Assembly: GCA_963663965.2 (NCBI GenBank)
Contig: CAXXFK010000033.1
Coordinates: forward strand, 128,001 to 192,000
Direction of reading: 5' to 3'
Origin: Sedimentisphaerales bacterium
Lineage (GTDB): Bacteria; Planctomycetota; Phycisphaerae; Sedimentisphaerales; SM23-30
Length of the DNA: 64,000 bases
This document shows positions 53,993 through 61,669 of the stretch, one piece after another. Position numbers and translations under genes: made by a program. Every line of letters starts with the position of its first letter. Positions within the stretch are counted from its first letter, which is position 1. The notes beneath the pieces are model-generated. The model was not told the origin of the DNA and did no database searches. It saw nothing but the letters and a program-made list of their open reading frames with translations.

Positions 53993-54498
53993 CTAAAAAG
54001 CTTATCAAAGCAGGTATCATCTCAGATGCCAATGTTTTAATTGATTATGCCGAATCCGCCCCTGATATCTTAAGGCTCATTTGTGAACATATTCTACAGC
54101 TATATATTCCCTTGACTGTTCTAAAAGAAGTTAGTCAGTTGAACATTCAAGAGGTACAAGCATTAGGTATTGAAATAGTCGAACCCAAATTGTCTCAGAT
54201 CATCGAGGTTTCTAATATAAGAGAACTGAAACCTGCTCTTTCAGCACAAGATGCTATCTGTTTCATAATGGCAAGAGATAATGATTGGGCTTGCCTCACT
54301 AACGATAAACCTTTAAGGCGTTTATGCTCTTCTCAGAAGGTGTCTTGTATCTGGGGATTGGAAATCATGCATATTTTAGTTTCTTCAAAGGCCATCACCG
54401 CTAAGAAAGCGTATGAAATTGCCCAAGATATCCAGTCAAAGAATAAATATATTAAACTGCAAACACTCGAATTATTCAAAAAGAAAATTGGACTGTGA
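53989..54498 (+). CDS. PIN-like domain protein
   Basis: IISDANVLIDY, VLKEV, LSAQDAIC, LTNDKPLR; ATGA overlap with the XRE-ImmA gene. Confidence 0.82.
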   Translation: MTKKLIKAGIISDANVLIDYAESAPDILRLICEHILQLYIPLTVLKEVSQLNIQEVQALGIEIVEPKLSQIIEVSNIRELKPALSAQDAICFIMARDNDWACLTNDKPLRRLCSSQKVSCIWGLEIMHILVSSKAITAKKAYEIAQDIQSKNKYIKLQTLELFKKKIGL

Positions 54499-54633
54499 TT
54501 AATCATCCTTAGCTTGCAACAGTCCATTCAGTTCTTCGTCAGTTTTTTTCATGTTTTCATCGCTAACAAGTAATTTGATTTCAAGAAACATTGCTTTAAA
54601 ATTGCTTATACTTTGATTAATAAATTGCTTGAG

Positions 54634-54912
54634 ACATTTGTTAATAGTGGCTGGGATATGGTAAGCGGTATTGCGGGAGATGCTGAGGTGGATTGGCAGT
54701 TGGTGCGGCCGGGGGAAGATTATCCGCGGCTGGTGTGGCAGATTCCGATTGAGGGGGATCTGGCGGGATTGTGGGGTGTCGATGGGGCGGATATGATGGT
54801 ATTGGTAGAAGGATGGCTGACAACGGATGGCCGGCCCGGAGATCTAGATGCCAATGGTCAAATCGATCTGGCGGATTATGCCCGGTTATGTGAAAACTGG
54901 CTTCGGCAGTAA
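54634..54912 (+). pseudogene. C-terminal remnant of a secreted dockerin-like/EF-hand protein
   Basis: TFVNSGWD...DYPRLVWQ..GDLAG..GVD..D....WL...GDLDANGQIDLADYARLCENWL, with no signal peptide or credible start; abrupt AT-rich to GC-rich switch at about 54640. Confidence 0.7.
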
Positions 54913-55032
54913 CGGCTAGAGCCGAGATATCGAGAAGTTCAGTTGAAGTCGGAAGAGCGTACTCTTTTTACTGAATTTAATCAATCCAGTAACACTGTCT
55001 GGATGCGATTGCCCTGTTTTTCTATGGAAAAG

Positions 55033-55064
55033 AAAAAAGCCGGATACCTTGCGTTACCCGGCTT
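55033..55064 (-). terminator. Rho-independent terminator after PEP-CTERM variant C
   Basis: On the minus strand: AAGCCGGGTAAC-GCAA-GGTATCCGGCTT followed by a T-run. Confidence 0.8.
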
Positions 55065-55092
55065 GAATTCTTTGTGTTAGTGACGATCACAA

Positions 55093-55704
55093 TCACCGTT
55101 GGCGTTTAATGGCCAGAGCGCCGAAGCCCAGTAAGAGCAGGCTGGTTGGTTCGGGCACTTCCACAATCTTAATATTTTGCCAGACCGGATCGTAACCGCG
55201 GTCGGTTTTATCGATGAACTGGATGGAAAAAGCCGAATCATCCGCCCACAGACCGGCGATGCCCTTAATGGCGCTCTGATTGTCATAGATCCAGTTCCAA
55301 CCGGGCTGACATTCAATCGTGATATGCGGCGTACCTTCAACCAGTTGCATACAACGAATCATATTGATCTGACCGCCTTTAAAGATTGCTGTAGAATTAT
55401 GACTAGTCGACAACAAATCTAAAGCGCCACCCAAAAACAACAATGAACTGTCATGTGATAAAGAAATATCAAGAATCCCATGATTATTATCAACGGGTTG
55501 AGAAGTGGACCAAACCTCTAATCGTCCATAGTCTATTTCAATGGTATCCCCCCCCCCCCCATCGACAATCAAAGGGGGGTCGTAACCAGACCACCTGACA
55601 CCATATTCATATTCGCCGGCGGTAATATAGCCATCCAGATAGCCAGCATTACTCGTTGTTACAAACAAACAGATCCCCAACAGAATCAACCATAATCTTT
55701 TCAT
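55093..55704 (-). CDS. PEP-CTERM surface protein, variant C (G13 tract, in frame)
   Basis: Signal peptide; VPEPTSLLLLGFGALAIKRQR sorting signal. Confidence 0.92.
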   Translation of the reverse strand: MKRLWLILLGICLFVTTSNAGYLDGYITAGEYEYGVRWSGYDPPLIVDGGGGDTIEIDYGRLEVWSTSQPVDNNHGILDISLSHDSSLLFLGGALDLLSTSHNSTAIFKGGQINMIRCMQLVEGTPHITIECQPGWNWIYDNQSAIKGIAGLWADDSAFSIQFIDKTDRGYDPVWQNIKIVEVPEPTSLLLLGFGALAIKRQR

Positions 55705-56379
55705 AATCCGGTTCTCCTTATGCTTTGTTTATCTGATTGTATCAAATCACGGGGCTTCATGTCAAGATGGGACTGCAACACCTCGCGTATGTCCGATAAA
55801 ATCGATCGCAGGAATTCCAAACCCTCAATTAATGCCTCGGCGTTATCAGGTTCGTTTTCTAATTCCGCTTCGATATAATCCATAATTTCAGAGGCGTTGA
55901 TAGCCAGCCGGGCCAGTTCAGCGCGGGACAGATCGACATAGGGATTAACCGGGACATACGCATCGGCTTCGGCGATCAGAATGGTTGACAACGTTTCGAA
56001 CATGGGGACAGTCATGGCCATCATCTCACCGCCGCTTGCCATAGCACTATAATAAGCCAGATAGTTTTCGCGCCAGCAGGCCTGCCACAGCCATTCATCA
56101 CAAAAGGCCGCCAAATCGGCCGTATCGATGGCATACTGACTGACGCCAGTCGCATCCAGATTGCAGACCGATTTCCAGATAGCCGCGGCATTTGGATTAA
56201 CCAGATTCGGATCGGCCTGCCAGGCTGGATCGTTGGGATCGTGCCCCAGCCAGGCCGCCGAAAGGCCGTTGAATTCGTATAGATTGATCACACCGTCAAC
56301 GTTCCAGTCCAGGTCGTTGAAGATATCATCCTCGGAGATATCATCATCGAAGGAATAAATCTCATCGGCCCCGATATCA
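55701..56379 (-). repeat. Orphan 3' fragment (679 bp) of the large secreted-protein gene, frame still open
   Basis: Colinear with 58132-58810, from DIGADE to the stop codon; many substitutions, no indel or stop. Confidence 0.92.
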
Positions 56380-56406
56380 CGCATGATACTTAGCCGCTCT
56401 TCGCAC

Positions 56407-56448
56407 AAAAAGAGGAAACCTCCGAATAGATAACCATCCGGAGGTTTT
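56407..56448 (-). terminator. Terminator hairpin after variant B
   Basis: On the minus strand: AAACCTCCGGAT-N8-ATTCGGAGGTTT, then a T-rich tail. Confidence 0.8.
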
Positions 56449-56467
56449 GATGTGCGAGGTATTTACC

Positions 56468-57087
56468 TTAACAGGTCCGCCGTTTTAACCAGAATCCACC
56501 CAGGGCTAATAAACTCAAAGTGGTTGGTTCGGGCACTTCCACAATCTTAATATTTTTCCAGACCGGATCGAAGCCCAGTTCCGTTATATCTATAAACTGG
56601 ATCGAAAAAGCCGAATCGTCGACCCACTGACCGGCAATACCTTTAATCGCATTTTGATTATTATAGATCCAGTTCCAACCCGGCTGACATTCGACGGTGA
56701 TATGTGGTACTCCTTCGACCAACTGAAAACAACGGATCATATTGATCTGGCCACCTTTAAAAACAGCAGTTGAATTATGATTCATAGATAACACATCAAG
56801 TGCACCATCGTAAAACACCAGGGAACTGTTGTGCCATAAATCCAAATCGGAAATACCGGAGTAATGCTGATTCAGAGGCAATGAGGTGGACAGGACTTCA
56901 ATGCGACCATTATCAATTTCAATTAAATTCCCCCCCCCCCCCCATTAACAATCAGGGGCGGATCATAACTGGACCATCTGACATCAAATTCATATTCCCC
57001 AGCCGTAATAAAACCATCCAGATAACTGGCATAAACCGAAGGTTCAAACAAACAGACACCCAACAGAATTAACCAAAATCTTTTCAT
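56468..57087 (-). pseudogene. PEP-CTERM surface protein, variant B, frameshifted at a G14 tract
   Basis: MKRFWLILLGVCLFEPSVYASYLDGFITAGEYEFDVRWSSYDPPLIVN, then G14 (56930-56943) leads to TAA. G12 or G15 restores the frame through to VPEPTTLSLLALGGFWLKRRTC. Confidence 0.88.
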
Positions 57088-57435
57088 AATCCGGTTCTCC
57101 TTAAACTTTGTTCATCCGATTGTATCAAATCGCGGGGCTTCATGTCAAGATGGGACTGTAACACCTCGCGTATGTCCGATAAAATCGATCGCAGGAATTC
57201 CAAACCCTCAATTAACGCCTCGGCGTTATCGGATTCGTTTGCTAATTCCGCTTCGATATAGCCCATGATTTCAGAGGCATTGATAGCCAGCCGGGCCAAT
57301 TCGGCACGGGATAATTCGGCATAGGGATTGACCGGGACATACGCATCGGCTTCAGAGATCAGGCTGGTTGACAGCGTTTCGAACATGGGGACGGTCATGG
57401 CCATCATCTCGCCGCCGCCTGCCAAAGAACTATAA
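57084..57435 (-). repeat. Orphan 3' fragment (~350 bp) of the large secreted-protein gene, frame still open
   Basis: Colinear with about 58132-58483 and with 55701-56052. Confidence 0.92.
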
Positions 57436-57452
57436 TTAGCCGCTCTTCGCAC

Positions 57453-57495
57453 AAAAAAGGAAAAACCTCCGGATAGATAACCATCCGGAGGTTTT
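57453..57495 (-). terminator. Terminator hairpin after variant A
   Basis: Perfect 13-bp stem AAAACCTCCGGAT/ATCCGGAGGTTTT, then TCCTTTTTT. Confidence 0.85.
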
Positions 57496-57514
57496 GAGGT
57501 GTGATGTATTTACC

Positions 57515-58135
57515 TTAACAGGGCCGCCGTTTTAACCAGAATCCACCCAGGGCTAATAAACTCAAAGTGGTTGGTTCGGGCACTTCCACTACATTCACAT
57601 TCATCCAGACCGGGTCGAAGCCAAAGATATCGACTTTGTCGATGAACTGGATGGAAAAGGCTGTATCATCCGCCCACAGACCGGCGATGCCCTTAATGGC
57701 GCTCTGATTGTCATAGATCCAGTTCCAGCCGGGCTGACATTCAATCGTGATGTGCGGCGTGCCCTCGACCAACTGAAAACAACGAATCATATTAATCTGA
57801 CCGCCCTTAAAAACAGCAGTGGAATTATGATTCGTAGATAGCACATCAAGGGCGCCATGATAAAACACCAGGGAACTGTTGTGCCATAAATCCAAATCGG
57901 AAATACCGGAGTAATGCTGATTCAGGGGCAATGAGGTAGATAGGACTTCAATGCGACCGTAGTCAACAGTAATGCTATTCCCCCCCCCCCCATCCACAAT
58001 CAAGGGCGGATCATAATCAGTCCATATTACGGTGTTTTCATATTCTCCAGTGGTAATATAACCATCCAGATAGCCGGCATTACTCGTTGTTACAAATAAA
58101 CAAACACCCAATAGAATTAACCATAATCTTTTCAT
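57515..58135 (-). CDS. PEP-CTERM surface protein, variant A (G12 tract, in frame), coupled to the large gene
   Basis: Signal peptide; VPEPTTLSLLALGGFWLKRR; ATGA overlap with the upstream stop. Confidence 0.93.
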   Translation of the reverse strand: MKRLWLILLGVCLFVTTSNAGYLDGYITTGEYENTVIWTDYDPPLIVDGGGGNSITVDYGRIEVLSTSLPLNQHYSGISDLDLWHNSSLVFYHGALDVLSTNHNSTAVFKGGQINMIRCFQLVEGTPHITIECQPGWNWIYDNQSAIKGIAGLWADDTAFSIQFIDKVDIFGFDPVWMNVNVVEVPEPTTLSLLALGGFWLKRRPC

Positions 58136-61100
58136 AATTCAGTTCTCCTTAAACTTTGCTCACTCGATTGTATCAAATCGCGAGGCTTCATGTCAAGATG
58201 GGACTGCAATACCTCGCGAATGTCCGATAAAATCGATTGCAGGAATTCCAAACCCTCAATTAACGCCTCGGCATTATCGGGTTCATTCTCTAATTCCGCT
58301 TCGATATAACCTATGATTTCAGAGGCATTGATAGCCAGCCGGGCCAATTCGGCACGGGATAATTCGGCATAGGGATTGACCGGGACATACGCATCGGCTT
58401 CAGAGATCAGGCTGGTTGATAATGTTTCGAACATGGGGACGGTCATGGCCACCATCTCGCCGCCGCCTGCCATAGCGCTGGAATAGGCCAGGTAATTCTC
58501 GCGCCAGCAGGCCTGCCACAGCCATTCATCACAGAACGCCGCCAAATCGGGTATATCAATAGCATACTGACTGGCGCCGGTCGCGTCCAGGTTACAGGCC
58601 GATTTCCATATGTCCGCAGCGTTTGGATTAACCAGGTTCGGGTCGGCCTGCCAGGCTGGATCGTTGGGATCGTGCCCCAGCCAGGCGGCGGATAAACCAT
58701 TGAATTCGTAGAGATTGATCACGCCGTCAACGTTCCAGTCCAGGTCGTTAAACAGATCATCCTCGGAGATATCATCATCGCAGGAATAAATCTCATCGGC
58801 CCCGATATCAATCCGGAGATCCAAAACCCGTTCCTCGTTATCCATATCAGCCTGATCGTCATAATTCAGGTATGGATTGCCCAGATCTTTACAGATGGAG
58901 TTATACGCCAGGTGGTAGTTCTCCGTATTGGGCGTGCCATTGGGATCGACGGTATAGGCAAAGCCGGGTTCCAGGCTGATATTCGTGCTGTTGACACTGT
59001 TGCAATCCTGAATACAGCAATAATGGGCGACCAGATCAGCATTCAAACCGGCTAACTGATTGCCGCCGCTGTTGTTATAGTAAATAATGCAGTTTTGAAT
59101 ATCCGGATAATCCAACTGATTGGGATCGTCGGCTATATTTCCATCATCGCTGAAAAAGATACCTGCCGACTTGTTATTGGAGATCGTGTTATTATAGATA
59201 ACCGGTGAATAAGTTGGATTAAAGATACTGATCCCTTGACGGCCTTCATTAGCCAGGTCGCTCTCAGAAATGATACTATTTTTAATCATTGGCGTTGAAC
59301 CATCGCAATAAATTCCATAACGCTGACTTCTCAAAATCCAGCAATTTTCTACTGTTAGGGCATAGTTCTCACCTACATGGTGAATTCCATCATAACCGTT
59401 GTTTTGAATTTTGCACCACTTAACAGCAACATCGCCATTGGAAGCATAAATTCCGTACGAGCTACTATTCTGAATCACACATTTATTAACCACAAAATCC
59501 ACACCCTCGCCATAAATACCATATTGTAAAGCCTTTGTAATCGTAAATCCCTCCAGCAGGGTCGTTTCGTCAATGGGGGAGTTGGGATCGGCCGAGACTT
59601 CATTGAGCATGGTCACGATGGTATCGCAATCGGGCGGCAGGTCATCATCCAGTTGCCCGGTCAGGATCGTCTCGTACCGCCGGGGATCGCGCTGCTCGAA
59701 CGCGCAGCCGCCGGTGGGGAACCCGCCATAAACCGAAATGCCTTCGGGCAGTTCAAAGCTGTCTTCGGCCCTATTACCCGGCAGGTAGGTTCCCTGCGCC
59801 ACATAGATGACATACGGTTCGGTACAAATCGCGTGGGCGGCCCGGTAAAGGGCCTTTTGCAATCCATCCGGTCCGTGATAGGCATCGGCCCAACTGGTCC
59901 CCGCATCCAGACCTGTCGCGTACCGGTCCACATAGATCTCCGTCGGCGTCTCGCCAAAACAGCAGACCTGCGTTTCGGCAACCGTCAGAGCTATTGCGCC
60001 GTCACGATCATCGATAACACCCCAGAGTTCAACCTGGTTGAGCAGAGTCAATCCCGAATCGGCCAGGGTGTTCACCACCACCTCCAACTGGACAGAACCG
60101 CTGTCGTTGGGATACATCGGCCCCAGTTCCCATAGATAAGTATGGGTATTGGGATCGTAGGCCGGATCGGCTTCGATAATATTCAAATTGGGATCCACGC
60201 TCGCGAAACCTTCCGGATAGGTCACTCCCCTGGGCAGAAAATCCAGCAGCCAGGCGTCATCCAGCGTCAGGCCGGTGGTATTGGTCCACTGGATGGTATA
60301 GGTGATGGTATCGCCCGGCTCGACACAATCGTTGGGATCGATATCGGTGGTCTTGACCAGGTCCATCTGAACCACCCCCCTGGGCGCGGCGATCGTCACG
60401 TTATGCTGGTCGTTATTCCCCAGTTCCCAGACTTCAAAATAATCGCCTGATATAGTAAATTTATTATGATAAGAATCATTCCATCCGGAAAGCGAGGTTG
60501 TTGTTATAGACTCGCCGGGCCGGTAGGGATCGTCATAAACTCCGCTGGCATAACCCGCTTCGGTGATCGAGGAGATCGAATTATTAATTGCACTAACTGA
60601 ACCAACACCCCAACTTGGGGGTAGCCAGTCAAAACAATTCATTTCATCTCCGCACACCAGCAAACCAGTCCCCACACCATCCAGAATATAGGCAATGGCC
60701 TGCCGCAACAGGATTCCGGCCGATCCGAGTTCCTGGACGGTATGAAGATCCAGATCATGACCGGTCAGAATAATCCGCCCGGTAATGCCCTCGGCAATGG
60801 CCGCAGGCAGGATGGGTTTGAAACCGAAAGAATGCCACCCGACAATGACGATGTCGTAGTCTGAGAAATCCACATTTTCCAAGGTATCCGGCGGCGATTT
60901 AACCGTGTATTGACTGGGGGCGATCCCCAATATGTTCATCGCCCCGATCAGGGCTGTCTCTTCACTTTCGACGATATAGAGTAAAAAGTGGTAGTCGCCG
61001 GGATTAAAACCCAGCAGGTTCGGATCGCAGGGCGCCAAATCTGGGATCACCAGCGGCAGACCGGCAGGATCGTTGCCGGCCAGAGCCGGGCCCTGCCAGG

Positions 61101-61158
61101 CGAATAAAATTCCGACACATCCGAGAAACCAGAAAACCATAGGCTTGATTCGTTGCAT
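58132..61158 (-). CDS. Large secreted acidic protein: DUF11-like Ig domain, right-handed beta-helix, DIGADE motif, dockerin-like/EF-hand module, helical tail
   Basis: Signal peptide; LVKT...VEPGDTITYTIQWTN...DFLPRGVTY; IYVAQGTY; repeated YGIY/NCII beta-helix rungs; DLDWNVDGVINLYEF...DLAAFCDEWLW; GAGGTG RBS. Confidence 0.88.
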   Translation of the reverse strand: MQRIKPMVFWFLGCVGILFAWQGPALAGNDPAGLPLVIPDLAPCDPNLLGFNPGDYHFLLYIVESEETALIGAMNILGIAPSQYTVKSPPDTLENVDFSDYDIVIVGWHSFGFKPILPAAIAEGITGRIILTGHDLDLHTVQELGSAGILLRQAIAYILDGVGTGLLVCGDEMNCFDWLPPSWGVGSVSAINNSISSITEAGYASGVYDDPYRPGESITTTSLSGWNDSYHNKFTISGDYFEVWELGNNDQHNVTIAAPRGVVQMDLVKTTDIDPNDCVEPGDTITYTIQWTNTTGLTLDDAWLLDFLPRGVTYPEGFASVDPNLNIIEADPAYDPNTHTYLWELGPMYPNDSGSVQLEVVVNTLADSGLTLLNQVELWGVIDDRDGAIALTVAETQVCCFGETPTEIYVDRYATGLDAGTSWADAYHGPDGLQKALYRAAHAICTEPYVIYVAQGTYLPGNRAEDSFELPEGISVYGGFPTGGCAFEQRDPRRYETILTGQLDDDLPPDCDTIVTMLNEVSADPNSPIDETTLLEGFTITKALQYGIYGEGVDFVVNKCVIQNSSSYGIYASNGDVAVKWCKIQNNGYDGIHHVGENYALTVENCWILRSQRYGIYCDGSTPMIKNSIISESDLANEGRQGISIFNPTYSPVIYNNTISNNKSAGIFFSDDGNIADDPNQLDYPDIQNCIIYYNNSGGNQLAGLNADLVAHYCCIQDCNSVNSTNISLEPGFAYTVDPNGTPNTENYHLAYNSICKDLGNPYLNYDDQADMDNEERVLDLRIDIGADEIYSCDDDISEDDLFNDLDWNVDGVINLYEFNGLSAAWLGHDPNDPAWQADPNLVNPNAADIWKSACNLDATGASQYAIDIPDLAAFCDEWLWQACWRENYLAYSSAMAGGGEMVAMTVPMFETLSTSLISEADAYVPVNPYAELSRAELARLAINASEIIGYIEAELENEPDNAEALIEGLEFLQSILSDIREVLQSHLDMKPRDLIQSSEQSLRRTEL

Positions 61159-61669
61159 GATAACACCTCATTAAACTGTTTATTGATGGTAACTCTTATT
61201 CGATACGGACTGACAAAAATAAACAACCCCTTGAGGATAACCCGTGCGGTTATCCGTCTGTGATTATACCCATACGGAGCCTCCTTAATTTTTGCGACAA
61301 CCACCATTCCAAACCCGGCGGACGCACTCCCTCTGGCTGCCAAAAAGGGCCTGGCCCGCAATCATATTAATTACAGCAATAGCATAAAGCGATGCTGGCA
61401 TTGATCGCACAATCAGTTTTTTAGATGAAGTTCGACGAATGAATCCAAAATTTCCAAAAGTGAAATTAACCCGTCATTCAGGAATTGTCAAATGGAATTT
61501 TATATTAATTTGTGTGGTATGCAGGTGATATCGTCAGGTTTTTGAAAATTTTCAAAAGATTCTGAAAATTTCCGGGAATATTCGCTCGTATCAATCCGTC
61601 TGAATGGGGTAGGATTTGTATGTCATTAGCGATACTGGAAATGATATAAATATATCTGGAAATAAGATT

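Noticed and set aside
55093..58810. Diversity-generating retroelement explanation for the repeated, variable cassettes
   Set aside because: No reverse transcriptase in the window; differences between copies are not adenine-specific and many are synonymous
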